Below are positions 19,291 through 29,752 of a stretch of 64,000 nt of DNA, piece after piece. The translations under genes and the position numbers were made by a program. Origin of the DNA: an uncultured virus (IMG/VR IMGVR_UViG_3300002349_000003). Taxonomy: Duplodnaviria; Heunggongvirae; Uroviricota; Caudoviricetes. The notes beneath the pieces are model-generated. The model saw only the letters and a list, made by a program, of their open reading frames with translations. It was not told the origin of the DNA and did not search any database. The DNA lies in IMG/VR virus record IMGVR_UViG_3300002349_000003. One strand, 5' to 3'. Each line of letters starts with the position of its first letter. Positions within the stretch are counted from its first letter, which is position 1.

Positions 19291-20970
19291 ATGTTTAGTG
19301 ATATATCAGATAAAGATTTATTAGATGAATATTATAAATTAGATAAAGAAATAAAGCAAGAATCATGGACTACATATACTGATTACAATTATCATGACGT
19401 ATTGCTTATTGATAAATTGGATGAGCAATTAAAGTTTATCGAGTTACAACTCACAATGGCATATACTGCCAAGATTAATTATCAAGAAGCATTTAGTCCG
19501 GTTAGACTATGGGACTCTACAATCTATCACTATCTTATTAATAAGAACATTATTATTCCTAACATGGACAGAAATGTTAAAGGAGAATTAATGGGTGCCT
19601 ATGTAAAGACTCCTATTACTGGCATTCATAAATGGATCGCGTCATTCGATTTGGCATCATTATATCCTCATCTAATAATGCAATACAATATCAGCCCAGA
19701 AACATTAACAACTACGAAATTGTCATTCACTATTGATAATTTATTAGACAAAATTGAACTTCCAAAAGTTGATTATGCAATTACTGCTAATGGTTGGTGC
19801 TATTCTAAAGATAAGCGCGGATTCCTACCAGAGTTGATGGACACTATGTATGCAAATCGTTCTATGCATAAGAAACAAATGTTAAAGCATGAACAGCAAT
19901 ACGAGAGTGATAAGAACAATAAGGAACTATCAAAAGAAATTTCAAGACTTAATAACTTGCAACTAGCTCTAAAGGAAACACTAAACAGTGCATACGGAGC
20001 TATTGGAATGCCATACTTCCGATATTATGATTTGAGAATGGCAGAATCCATAACATCATCTGGACAGTTCTCGATAAAATGGATAGCAAACAGAATTAAC
20101 AAATATTTGAATTCAGCTTTGAAAACAAATAACACCGATTATATTATTGCTTCGGATACCGATTCTGTGTACGTGTCATTGGAAACTTTGGTCGAAACGA
20201 CTCAAGGTGAAAAATCGACAGAAGATAAAATCAAATTCATGGATTCATTCTGCGGCAAAGTCTTAACTCCGTTAATAGAAAAATCATATATCGAGTTAGC
20301 AGAGTACATGAATGCCTATGAACAAAAGATGCAAATGAAACGAGAAGTACTTGCTGATAAAGGTTTGTGGACGGCTAAGAAAAGATATGCATTAAGAGTT
20401 CATAACTCTGAAGGTGTTCAGTATGATAAACCAAAAATGAAAATTATGGGCATTGAGATTGTAAAGTCATCGACTCCAACTGCCATAAGAGAAAAATTGA
20501 AGTCAACTATTGATATTATTTTTAATGACACTAATTTGGACCTCATAAGATTCATTGAAGACACTAGACAGGAATTTAAAACATTAGCAGTAGAAGATAT
20601 TGCTATTCCAAGTACAGTTAATGGAATGATAAAATTTTCTAATGACAAAACTATTTATTCTAAAGGCTGTCCGATTTATGTCAGAGGAGGTTTATTATAC
20701 AATAAAGTTGTTAAAGATATGAAACTTGATCAGAAGTATCCTTTAATAGGCGCAGGAGACAAATTAAAATATGTTTATTTGAAACTCCCAAATACTATTA
20801 AAGAAGATGTTATTGGATTCCCTACTGAATTACCAATGGAATTCGGATTACATAAGTATATTGACTACAACACTCAGTTTGAAAAAGTGTTCTTGAATCC
20901 ATTAGAAAAGATTGTCGATGCTATTGGTTGGAATTTAAAAGAGCAATCGACTTTAGATGCATTCTTCTAA
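19291..20970 (+). CDS. gp43: Family B DNA polymerase, C-terminal fragment (ExoIII, palm, fingers, thumb, clamp-binding tail)
   Basis: YNYHD, SFDLASLYP, K...NSAYG, SDTDS, KKRY, TLDAFF; own GTTTAC-N18-TATTAT promoter and GGAG SD. Confidence 0.95.
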   Translation: MFSDISDKDLLDEYYKLDKEIKQESWTTYTDYNYHDVLLIDKLDEQLKFIELQLTMAYTAKINYQEAFSPVRLWDSTIYHYLINKNIIIPNMDRNVKGELMGAYVKTPITGIHKWIASFDLASLYPHLIMQYNISPETLTTTKLSFTIDNLLDKIELPKVDYAITANGWCYSKDKRGFLPELMDTMYANRSMHKKQMLKHEQQYESDKNNKELSKEISRLNNLQLALKETLNSAYGAIGMPYFRYYDLRMAESITSSGQFSIKWIANRINKYLNSALKTNNTDYIIASDTDSVYVSLETLVETTQGEKSTEDKIKFMDSFCGKVLTPLIEKSYIELAEYMNAYEQKMQMKREVLADKGLWTAKKRYALRVHNSEGVQYDKPKMKIMGIEIVKSSTPTAIREKLKSTIDIIFNDTNLDLIRFIEDTRQEFKTLAVEDIAIPSTVNGMIKFSNDKTIYSKGCPIYVRGGLLYNKVVKDMKLDQKYPLIGAGDKLKYVYLKLPNTIKEDVIGFPTELPMEFGLHKYIDYNTQFEKVFLNPLEKIVDAIGWNLKEQSTLDAFF

Positions 20971-21030
20971 TGTGTACATTATAATCGATATAGTGTATAA
21001 TATTATTTTATTATTTAAAAAGGAAATATT

Positions 21031-21894
21031 ATGTCAGAATTATTAGCAAAAATTAAAAAGACTTGTACCATTAAAGATTCTTCTGTATTGAGTGCATCAA
21101 AATATTTTAATAAAAAGGATATGATTCAAACTCAGATTCCTGCATTAAATGTTGCATTATCTGGAGAATTGGATGGAGGTTTTGTTCCTGGTCTGACATT
21201 ATGGTGTGGTCCAAGTAAACATTTCAAATCGATGTTTTCATTAATCATGGCTAAAGCTTACATGGACAAATATCCTGAAGCAATTATGATTTTTTATGAT
21301 TGCGAATTTGGAACTCCAACTGCGTATTTTAGTTCTCTTAATATTGATACAAATAGAATTCTTCATGTTCCTGTAATGAATATGGAAGAATTCAAATTTG
21401 ATGTCATTAAACAATTAGAAGGACTTGATAGAGGAGATAGGGTAATTTTTATCATTGACTCTCTAGGTAATATGTCTTCCAAAAAAGAAATGGAAGATGC
21501 TATTGATGGAAAATCAGTACAAGATATGTCTAGAGCTAAACAAATGAAATCAATTTTTAGAATGATTACGCCATATCTTAATAGATTAGACATTCCAATG
21601 GTAGCAGTTAACCACATCTATATGTGTGGAACAGAAGAAATGGAAGTTATTTCGGATAATGGTGCAATTAGTCTAAAAAATATCACGCCGGGAATGTTAG
21701 TGGAAACTACCAATGGACTTCAACCCGTCACTAATGTATTTAAGTATGAGGACGCGTATGTGTCTGATATTGAAATGGAAGACGGCACAATACTATCATT
21801 TACACAAGGACATAGATTCATGGTAAATGGAGAATGGGTCTTTGTAGAGGATCTTCAAGAAGGAATGGAACTTGATATAAAACCCATCTCGTAA
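21031..21894 (+). CDS. uvsX: UvsX recombinase N-extein fused to split N-intein
   Basis: GPSKHFKS, FYDCEFG, IDSLGN, VNHIYM then C-initiated Hint domain (T.GHRF) from 21625. Confidence 0.93.
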   Translation: MSELLAKIKKTCTIKDSSVLSASKYFNKKDMIQTQIPALNVALSGELDGGFVPGLTLWCGPSKHFKSMFSLIMAKAYMDKYPEAIMIFYDCEFGTPTAYFSSLNIDTNRILHVPVMNMEEFKFDVIKQLEGLDRGDRVIFIIDSLGNMSSKKEMEDAIDGKSVQDMSRAKQMKSIFRMITPYLNRLDIPMVAVNHIYMCGTEEMEVISDNGAISLKNITPGMLVETTNGLQPVTNVFKYEDAYVSDIEMEDGTILSFTQGHRFMVNGEWVFVEDLQEGMELDIKPIS

Positions 21895-21935
21895 TTGCAA
21901 TAAATAATTCATATATACATTTTAAAGGGTTTTAT

Positions 21936-22736
21936 ATGAATTATTTGAAACATTACGAATTATTAATTACTAGAGCAAAATCTAGAAGTAAAATTTTAGA
22001 GTATATTGAGAAACATCATATAGTTCCAAAGTGTTTAGGTGGAAATAATGATATTGACAATATTGCTGAACTAACACCAGAGGAACATTATTTTGCCCAT
22101 CAACTACTAGCAAAAATATATCCAGATAATTGCGGGTTAATTAGTGCATGTAAATTGATGGGAGGAAGTATTTCGGGAAAAAGAAGTAATAATAAAATCT
22201 ATGGGTGGATAAGAAGAAAATCTAATATATTGATGGGACAGTCAATTAGGAAACTTCATATTGATAAAAGAGATATGAAGTCTATATCATTAGGATTTGA
22301 AAATTATATTGATATGTCTAAGTCTATATGGGATTTATTCATAACCCATAAATTACATTATACTTCTATAGAAGAAAAATTTGGGGTTAGTCGGCATTTT
22401 ATAAAAAGATCTTTAGAAGTATATGCTAAAGATAATGACTTATTAGATGAGTTAGCTCAAGGTTATTATGATCTTAAGTCAAGCAGTCAAAAACTAGGCA
22501 GATCTAAATTTACTGAAGATCAAGAAAGCAATAGAATAACAGCATTAAAAAATATTGACTATGCCGCTAGATCATTAAAAACCGGTTCTAGAAAAGGATC
22601 ATTAAATCCAACATTTGGTAAAACTTGGTCTCATATTAAAATGATGTGCCCATATTGTAATAAAGAAGTCGGCGGAAAGCGTTGGCATTTTGATAACTGC
22701 AGGAGTAAAAATGAAAATCAAATCAATAAAATTTAA
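21936..22736 (+). mobile_element. Free-standing HNH homing endonuclease between the intein halves
   Basis: EKHHIVPKCLGGNN..N...LTPEEHYFAH; C-terminal CPYC...RWHFDNC; late-type AATAAATA upstream. Confidence 0.9.
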
Positions 22737-23319
22737 TACACGTAAGGCAGATGTTTACGACATTGAAACTCCTACACACGATTATATATTAAAAAACGGA
22801 ATAATTTCTCATAATACACAGGAGCTTTACAGCAAACCTGTAGTTTCTGGTGGAACTGGTGTTTACTTATCTGCTGATAATATTTTTATTCTTGGAAGAC
22901 AACAAGAAAAAGAAGGAACAGAAGTCATTGGTTATAACTTTATCATCAATGTAGAAAAATCAAGATATGTAAGAGAAAAATCAAAAATTCCAATTAGTGT
23001 TCTATTTGAAGGTGGTGTTTCTAAATGGTCAGGATTATTAGAAATGGCATTAGAATCTGGTCATGTCATTAAGCCAAATAATGGTTGGTATTCTAGAGTA
23101 GATAAAATTACTGGTGAGCTTGAAGATAAACGATATAGATTAAAAGATACTATCAATAAAGAATTCTGGCTTCCTATATTAGCAAAAAAGGATTTCCAAC
23201 AATGGATAAAAGAATCTTATAAATTGACAGAATCAGAAATGCTATCTGATTCAGTAATTGAATCAGAATTATCAAAGGTTGAATTAGAGGATTTGGAAAA
23301 AATTTCTGAATTAGTTTAA
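22711..23319 (+). CDS. uvsX: Split C-intein (35 aa) fused to UvsX C-extein
   Basis: AGGAG SD; MKIKSIK...VYDIET..HDY...NGIISHN/T then QELYSKPVVSGGTG, VEKSRYVREKS. Confidence 0.93.
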   Translation: MKIKSIKFNTRKADVYDIETPTHDYILKNGIISHNTQELYSKPVVSGGTGVYLSADNIFILGRQQEKEGTEVIGYNFIINVEKSRYVREKSKIPISVLFEGGVSKWSGLLEMALESGHVIKPNNGWYSRVDKITGELEDKRYRLKDTINKEFWLPILAKKDFQQWIKESYKLTESEMLSDSVIESELSKVELEDLEKISELV

Positions 23320-23388
23320 CTGTGTTGAGAGTGTATGCCAGTGTGTACACTCTCTATTTTTATGATATAATAACATTTTGAGAATATT

Positions 23389-23679
23389 ATGACTACTAAA
23401 TTCGAAACATATAACTACTTTGATGCTTCTGGAACAGAAGTTGTTGCATTAGAAATCCTAGAAGATAAATTCAAAGGCTCTATCTTTTCATTTGGAAAAG
23501 TAGAATTTCCAGACCCTAACGAACCAATCCTTAATTTTGAATATACTCTTCATCAAGGATATATCTCTGATGATAATAAGGAAGATTTCAAAAATTGCTT
23601 GGGTGATATATTAGTACAAATTTTAGAAGAATCTCTTAAAGACAAAACTACTGTTTTTAAAGGTGGCATTGATGAGTAA
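23389..23679 (+). CDS. Hypothetical protein at the gp40 position
   Basis: Between uvsX and gp41; own early promoter. Confidence 0.55.
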   Translation: MTTKFETYNYFDASGTEVVALEILEDKFKGSIFSFGKVEFPDPNEPILNFEYTLHQGYISDDNKEDFKNCLGDILVQILEESLKDKTTVFKGGIDE

Positions 23680-25039
23680 GATAGAAACTACTATTTTATC
23701 TAATTTAATTCATAACGCTGAATATAGTCAAAAAGTTCTTCCATTTATTAAAAGAGAATATTTTAAAGAAAGACCTGAAATTATTGTAACTGAAGAAATT
23801 CTGTCTTTTGTTGATCAGTTCAATAAGATGCCAACTCAGGAAATCCTGTCAATTCAAGCATCAAACCGTCAGGATGTCAATGACCAAACTTTAGTAGAAG
23901 TTGAATACTTAATTAAGTCATTAGAGAATCAACCAACAAATGACGAATGGCTTATTGAAGAAACCGAGAAATTTTGCAAAAACAGGGCAGTATTCAATGC
24001 AATCATTTCTTCAATGCAAATCATTGATGGCAAAGATAAAAAATATACTCAGGAAGCAATTCCAACCTTATTATCAGAAGCTCTTAGTATTTGTTTTGAT
24101 ACTAATGTTGGCCATGATTTCTTCGAAGATTCTGACTCTAGATTTGAATATTATAGAAGAGTAGAAGAAAAGATTCCGTTTGATATTGATATACTAAACA
24201 AAATTACTAATGGTGGTCTAGCAAGAAAATCTCTCAATATATTACTTGCGGGAACTGGTGTTGGGAAATCTTTGGTGATGTGCCATTTTGCTGCTGCAGC
24301 TCTAATGCAAAGTAAGAATGTGTTATACATTACTATGGAAATGGCAGAAGAAAGAATTGCTGAACGTATTGATGCTAATCTTCTAAACCTAGGAATGTCA
24401 GAATTAAAGACTATAGAGCAGAATATTTTCTCTTCTCGTGTTAATAAGCTTAAACAGAAGTCTCATGGCACATTAATCATTAAAGAATATCCGACATCTA
24501 CTGCTCATACCGGCCATTTTAGAGCATTGATTGAAGAATTAAAATCAAAGAAAAGTTTCTCTCCAGATATAATCTTTGTTGATTACTTAAACATTTGTTC
24601 TTCACAACGAATGAAATACGGAGCAGGCGTAAACAGTTATTCTTATGTGAAAGCAATTGCTGAAGAATTACGAGGATTAGCAGTAGAGTATAATGTTCCA
24701 CTTGTTAGTGCTACTCAATCTAATAGAGAAGGTATCAATAGTTCAGATTTAGATTTGACAAATACTTCTGAAAGTATTGGTCTTCCTCAGACATGCGATT
24801 TGATGCTAGCATTAATTTCTACAGAAGAATTAACAAATCTTGGTCAAATAATGATTAAGCAATTAAAGAATCGGTATAATGATCCAAGTTATTACAGCAA
24901 ATTCATGGTAGGAATAGACAGAAATAAAATGAGGATATTTGATGTTGAATCAGAAGCTCAAACTGGAATTTCTAATCACACTCCATTTGTAGCAAGATCT
25001 AACAAACAAGAAAAAGATACCTCAGGATTTGTATTCTAA
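23672..25039 (+). CDS. gp41: Replicative DNA helicase
   Basis: AGTGVGKS, ITMEMAEE, FVDYLNI, SATQ.NR, KQLKNRY. Confidence 0.96.
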   Translation: MSKIETTILSNLIHNAEYSQKVLPFIKREYFKERPEIIVTEEILSFVDQFNKMPTQEILSIQASNRQDVNDQTLVEVEYLIKSLENQPTNDEWLIEETEKFCKNRAVFNAIISSMQIIDGKDKKYTQEAIPTLLSEALSICFDTNVGHDFFEDSDSRFEYYRRVEEKIPFDIDILNKITNGGLARKSLNILLAGTGVGKSLVMCHFAAAALMQSKNVLYITMEMAEERIAERIDANLLNLGMSELKTIEQNIFSSRVNKLKQKSHGTLIIKEYPTSTAHTGHFRALIEELKSKKSFSPDIIFVDYLNICSSQRMKYGAGVNSYSYVKAIAEELRGLAVEYNVPLVSATQSNREGINSSDLDLTNTSESIGLPQTCDLMLALISTEELTNLGQIMIKQLKNRYNDPSYYSKFMVGIDRNKMRIFDVESEAQTGISNHTPFVARSNKQEKDTSGFVF

Positions 25040-25078
25040 AATTGATAAATAATTTATTATTGTCGAAATGGAATCAAA

Positions 25079-25570
25079 ATGAAAACGTATAAAAATTTTA
25101 TTGCAGAACAAGACCCATGTTGGAAAGGATATGAACAATATGGAATGAAAAAGAAAAATGGAAAAAAGGTCCCTAATTGTATTCCCGAAAGTTTAGAAGA
25201 ACAGTTTGATTTAATTGAAGAAGTAATTGAAGAACTATCATTAGAACACGGAATCGATTCTGAAATCTTTTGGGAAAACTTTGAAGAATTTACTGATGAA
25301 GAACTACTAGAATATGCTATTGATGCAAAAGGTCATAAAAGTTCTACTGGCGGATTAACTCAAAAAGGAGTTGATGCCTATAATAGAAAAACCGGCGGTC
25401 ATCTACAAACTGCTGTTACTACTCCACCTTCAAAACTGAAACCTGGAAGTAAGGCCGCAAAACGAAGAAAATCATTTTGTGCTCGCATGAGCGGAGTTGA
25501 TGGACCTATGAAAGATAAAGACGGAAATCCAACTAGAAAAGCATTAGCCCTCAAAAAATGGAATTGTTAA
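25079..25570 (+). CDS. Probable internal head protein
   Basis: N-terminal MKTYKNFIAE resembles the T4 capsid-targeting sequence; PCWKGY and RRKSFCARM modules; late promoter. Confidence 0.65.
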   Translation: MKTYKNFIAEQDPCWKGYEQYGMKKKNGKKVPNCIPESLEEQFDLIEEVIEELSLEHGIDSEIFWENFEEFTDEELLEYAIDAKGHKSSTGGLTQKGVDAYNRKTGGHLQTAVTTPPSKLKPGSKAAKRRKSFCARMSGVDGPMKDKDGNPTRKALALKKWNC

Positions 25571-25628
25571 TATTATTTGGGTTCTAAAAATTTATAAATA
25601 GATTATTACTGTTATAGATGGAACCCAA

Positions 25629-27323
25629 ATGAAAACATACCAATCATTATTTAATCCAAAGACTAATAAGATAGATTTTAAAAAGGTTGATCTCATTGAG
25701 TCTTTGGATAATTCTCCATATTCAAAGCATTCTAATCCAAATATCGAATTTGAAAAAACCACTGAATTAGATACTATTCGTGAGCAATACTTTCGCGGAG
25801 AAATCTTTAATGTGGGAGATATAGTTGAATCCAATGATACATATTTGGAAATACTTAGTAGAGGTAGCAATTACCTTACAGTTACAGATTCTGATGGTAA
25901 TATACAACGCAAATGGCTTGTAGAAGTTAAGATGGTTGATGAAGAAACTAGTAATCTTTTAAAAGAAGATTTTGGTAATGTCACAACAAACCAAGTTACA
26001 TATAAAGGATTTACTACTAAGAATTTTGATATAAGTAAAGAAGCAATCTTTGAATACACGAAATTAACTCAAACACCGAACATTGATCCCGTAGCATTGC
26101 TTAATGCTATTAAGGCAACTGACCAAGCATTCGGTATTCAAAAAAGCATCGTATCGGGTTCATTATCTATAGATGATTTCCATACATTCCAAAGAGCTCA
26201 ACAAGTAGCCGTGGATATTCTTAAAAGATTGGGTGTCTATCTTCATCACGAAGATTACTTAATGAATTCATATCACAAAATGGAATTAGCAGTATCCGAT
26301 TATGGAAGCCAAGATTCTTATTCAGCAGGAAAAATACAAGAAATGACATACTCAAGTTCAGACAAACTAAAAATTGCCAAGATTGTTGCTGGTACTCTTG
26401 GTGTTGATTCTGATTCTTCATCACCAGAAGAACTTATCAATAAGGCACTCAAAACACTTTCAAAGAATCCACTGAAATCTGATTCATTAAAGATTCTTAA
26501 AAATATGTTGAATACTGCCACTGAAGCAGGAATCATGTATGATAAGAAACTTATGCCGGCATTAGTAAAAGAAGATTCATCCAAATTAGTAAGCTCACAA
26601 AAAGTAAAAAGAGTTACTAATCCAGACCAAGTTCACCCAAACGATAGTGACGAAGATGACAATGGCGGTCCAGGAGATCAAGATTCCGATGATTCAAAAA
26701 ATACTCAAAGTGATTTTGACGATGAAAGCAAAGGTTCTCATAGAGTTGGAAGTACTATAGAACCAAATGGAGATAAAGACTCTTTACGCAGAATGAAAAT
26801 CAAATATAAATTACATGAAGATTCTGAAGAAGATGATTCTGAAATGTCGGATGACGAATTGGATGATATGCTCAATTCCGTGTCTGATGAAGATATTCTA
26901 AGTACCTATGACGACGATGAACTTCATGTAGTTGACGATGAAGGAAACCATGTTGCTCATGTTAAAGACCTTGATGGAATGAACGAATCATATCTTACTG
27001 AAGTATTATCAAGAATGGAACGCATCAAAGCTGCTATAAGATTCAAACAGTCTCAAGGTAAACGTATGCGTAAGATGAAGATTGCTTTGCATACTCGTTC
27101 TAGTCCACAAAGAATTAATCATCGAGCGCGTAATGCCGCAATCAATGCACTTAAAGCAAAACTTGCAAGGAAACCTTTGAGTCAATTGACCGTCCAAGAA
27201 AAAGAACGTATTGAAAGAATCGTAGCTAAGAAAAAGAAACTAATCGATAAAGCAGCAATGAAGTTAGTGCCTAAAATTAGAAAAATTGAAAATGCTCGTC
27301 TTCATCCAATCAACAGAGACTAA
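25629..27323 (+). CDS. Large late protein, probably prohead/internal
   Basis: TATAAATA upstream; MKTYQ start; acidic linkers with L-x-E sites; basic C-terminus. Confidence 0.6.
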   Translation: MKTYQSLFNPKTNKIDFKKVDLIESLDNSPYSKHSNPNIEFEKTTELDTIREQYFRGEIFNVGDIVESNDTYLEILSRGSNYLTVTDSDGNIQRKWLVEVKMVDEETSNLLKEDFGNVTTNQVTYKGFTTKNFDISKEAIFEYTKLTQTPNIDPVALLNAIKATDQAFGIQKSIVSGSLSIDDFHTFQRAQQVAVDILKRLGVYLHHEDYLMNSYHKMELAVSDYGSQDSYSAGKIQEMTYSSSDKLKIAKIVAGTLGVDSDSSSPEELINKALKTLSKNPLKSDSLKILKNMLNTATEAGIMYDKKLMPALVKEDSSKLVSSQKVKRVTNPDQVHPNDSDEDDNGGPGDQDSDDSKNTQSDFDDESKGSHRVGSTIEPNGDKDSLRRMKIKYKLHEDSEEDDSEMSDDELDDMLNSVSDEDILSTYDDDELHVVDDEGNHVAHVKDLDGMNESYLTEVLSRMERIKAAIRFKQSQGKRMRKMKIALHTRSSPQRINHRARNAAINALKAKLARKPLSQLTVQEKERIERIVAKKKKLIDKAAMKLVPKIRKIENARLHPINRD

Positions 27324-27326
27324 AAC

Positions 27327-27764
27327 ATGGATAAGTTAATTGCAACCTCAAGAATAGTATTTGCTAACAACTTTGTGTTATACTTTAAAAGTGCTTCATA
27401 TCATTGGAATGTAGAATCTTTCTATTTTCCACAATTCCACAATTTCTTTGGTGATTTCTATGCTGCCACTTATGGTGCTATAGATACATTAGCTGAATTC
27501 ATTAGAACTTTTGATGCTTATGCTCCTATTAGTTTGACTGAATTGACTAGATACAAAACAATCAATGAAGATATGGTTAAACCAGATAATGTGAATGCTA
27601 TGTTGGTTAATCTATATGAAGCTAATGTGTTGATGATTGAATCGTTGGAATCTGCATTTCAAGTATCACAAGAAGTAAATGAACAAGGTTATGCTAATTT
27701 CTTAGCAGACCGTTTAACAGCACATAAAAAGCATCAGTGGATGCTTAAATCAATTTTAAAATAA
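27327..27764 (+). CDS. dps: Dps/ferritin-like protein
   Basis: YHWNV....F...H..F, D.LAE.IR, HKKHQWML. Confidence 0.9.
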   Translation: MDKLIATSRIVFANNFVLYFKSASYHWNVESFYFPQFHNFFGDFYAATYGAIDTLAEFIRTFDAYAPISLTELTRYKTINEDMVKPDNVNAMLVNLYEANVLMIESLESAFQVSQEVNEQGYANFLADRLTAHKKHQWMLKSILK

Positions 27765-27774
27765 GGAGAACTAA

Positions 27775-28638
27775 ATGTACACATCAGAATTAGAAGCATT
27801 ACAATCAATCCAAGAAACTTATATTACTATGAATGAGTTATCAACAGCAACTCTTAAAAGTTATAAAGATAAAGTACACAACACTTCGGGCAATGATGAT
27901 AGAAAGGCAGGAAGTGATATGGCTTTCTCTAAAATGGTTTCGCATGGGGATCCTAAAGTCCAATCTTCAGAAATTATTAGTAAAGCAAAATCTGAAATAA
28001 AAGGATTGATAGATCCTAAACATCACTCGAAATATCCTATAGATAAAATTACAGGCAATGAAAGCGCACGTAAAATTTATAAGCAAGCACACAGTGCTGG
28101 GCACTTAAAAGAAGATGTAATGGATGAATCAACTCATGATCTAAGTAATGTCAAGACTGATACCTTGACAAGTCTTCACGCATTACATGCAAAAGAACCT
28201 AAAGGTACTCGTAGTTATGACCAAAGACAAAGAGTTGCAGCGGAACTCAAGAAACGTGGCATTAAAGTACAAGAAGATGTAATGGACGAAAAATTTGCTC
28301 ATCCTAATCATAAGAAATTGGATGCTAATGATAACGGTAAAGTAGATGCTCAAGATTTTGCATTGCTTCGTAAAAAGAAAGGAATGAAAAACTTTAAAGA
28401 GTTTAAAGAATCATTAGAACAACTTGATGAATTGTCAAAGAAAACTTTAGGTTCTTATGTCAAGAAAGCTAGTGCAGAATCAAATTTTGCTTCTAAAGTT
28501 GCAGGCAGTGCTAGTGCTGGAGAATATTCTAAAGATGCAATTGCCAAAGAAAAAGAACATTTAGCACTTGCTAAAAAACGTAGAACTGGCATTAATAAAG
28601 CAGTTGATAAATTGACTAAAGAAGATCTTGAAGATTGA
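27775..28638 (+). CDS. Modular internal-head-like protein sharing the gp22 repeat
   Basis: EQLDELSKKTLGSYVKKAS...KAVDKLTKED module; DANDNGKVDAQDF EF-hand/dockerin-like loop; internal MKNFKEF. Confidence 0.65.
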   Translation: MYTSELEALQSIQETYITMNELSTATLKSYKDKVHNTSGNDDRKAGSDMAFSKMVSHGDPKVQSSEIISKAKSEIKGLIDPKHHSKYPIDKITGNESARKIYKQAHSAGHLKEDVMDESTHDLSNVKTDTLTSLHALHAKEPKGTRSYDQRQRVAAELKKRGIKVQEDVMDEKFAHPNHKKLDANDNGKVDAQDFALLRKKKGMKNFKEFKESLEQLDELSKKTLGSYVKKASAESNFASKVAGSASAGEYSKDAIAKEKEHLALAKKRRTGINKAVDKLTKEDLED

Positions 28639-28639
28639 T

Positions 28640-28825
28640 ATGATTACCTTCAAAGAATTCATTACTGAAGAAATGAAACTTGTCAACGGGAAACTTGCCA
28701 TGACTTCTAAGAAGACCGGCAAGGTTCTTGCCTATTATAAAGGTCAACACAAGCATACTGACAGATGGTTTACTTCTCAGAATAAAAAAGAAGAATACGT
28801 TCCACCAATTACGGTTGAAAAGTAA
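28640..28825 (+). CDS. Small internal-head-like protein (paralog 1)
   Basis: MITFKEFITE start; SKKTGK.LAYYKG. Confidence 0.65.
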   Translation: MITFKEFITEEMKLVNGKLAMTSKKTGKVLAYYKGQHKHTDRWFTSQNKKEEYVPPITVEK

Positions 28826-29007
28826 TGATTACCTTCAAAGAATATCTTGAAGAAGTATTGAAACAAGTAGACGGCAAGTGGGCAATTGTTTCTAAGAAAT
28901 CCGGTAAACCTCTCGCATATTATAAAGGTGAGGGGAAACCTTCCGAAGAATGGTTCAATAAGCAAGAAAAGCGTATTGGATACTTCAAACATTTAAACAA
29001 AGGGTAA
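28825..29007 (+). CDS. Small internal-head-like protein (paralog 2)
   Basis: MITFKEYLEE start; SKKSGK.LAYYKG. Confidence 0.65.
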   Translation: MITFKEYLEEVLKQVDGKWAIVSKKSGKPLAYYKGEGKPSEEWFNKQEKRIGYFKHLNKG

Positions 29008-29011
29008 TCAA

Positions 29012-29752
29012 ATGGCAGAATTTGGTGATTTCCTAAAATTGATGTCTGATGCCAAATTGGCAAAGATACAAGAGCAATCTGAAAAAGAAAATAGATTGAC
29101 TGAAATATCAGAACGGGTAAAGGAATCAAATCCATTCAAGTTTCATACGCTTGAAGAAGTTTATATTGAACCAGAACCTATTATGGAGGAATTACCAGAA
29201 TCTGTTTTAACCCCAGAACTAACTAAATTATTCAACGAACAATCTTATCAACAACCAGAAGTCGGTCCTGTTGATAATGATGTTAGACAAATTAGAGATA
29301 AGTTAAAATTCATAGAGCAATGGATGGGTAAGATTTCTCTTGCTGGTCCTGGTGGTGGTGAAGTGAATCTTCGTTATCTTGATGACATTGTAAGAAGTTC
29401 AATCTATGATGGTAGATATCTGAGATACAATGCAACCTTAAAGAAATTTGAGTTTGCTGAAGTTAATCCTCATGATATAGTTTATACTACCAACAATGTA
29501 ACGACTTCTACATATACTATCTCATCTGATGATTATTATGTTGGTGTTACCTATAACGGACCAACTACTATTACTTTACCTAGCAATCCAAGTTCTGGTC
29601 GAATGTTGATAATCAAAGATGAATCCGGTAATGCTTCAGTTAATCCAATAACTGTTTTAGGAACTGTTGATAATGATCCAACCGGTTTCATTATTCAATT
29701 AGACAATGGTGCAATTCAATTACTTTATAGAAATGGCTGGAGAATAGTGTGA
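29012..29752 (+). CDS. Virion structural/fibre-associated protein
   Basis: GGGEVNLRYLDD; C-terminal TITLP...GR.LIIKDESG beta domain. Confidence 0.55.
   Translation: MAEFGDFLKLMSDAKLAKIQEQSEKENRLTEISERVKESNPFKFHTLEEVYIEPEPIMEELPESVLTPELTKLFNEQSYQQPEVGPVDNDVRQIRDKLKFIEQWMGKISLAGPGGGEVNLRYLDDIVRSSIYDGRYLRYNATLKKFEFAEVNPHDIVYTTNNVTTSTYTISSDDYYVGVTYNGPTTITLPSNPSSGRMLIIKDESGNASVNPITVLGTVDNDPTGFIIQLDNGAIQLLYRNGWRIV

Noticed and set aside
18190..19365. Group I intron or intein explaining the gene 43 interruption
   Set aside because: No Cys/Ser start or His-Asn end, no recognisable P7 core, the endonuclease is antisense, and the downstream half has its own promoter and SD. Only RT-PCR can fully exclude splicing.
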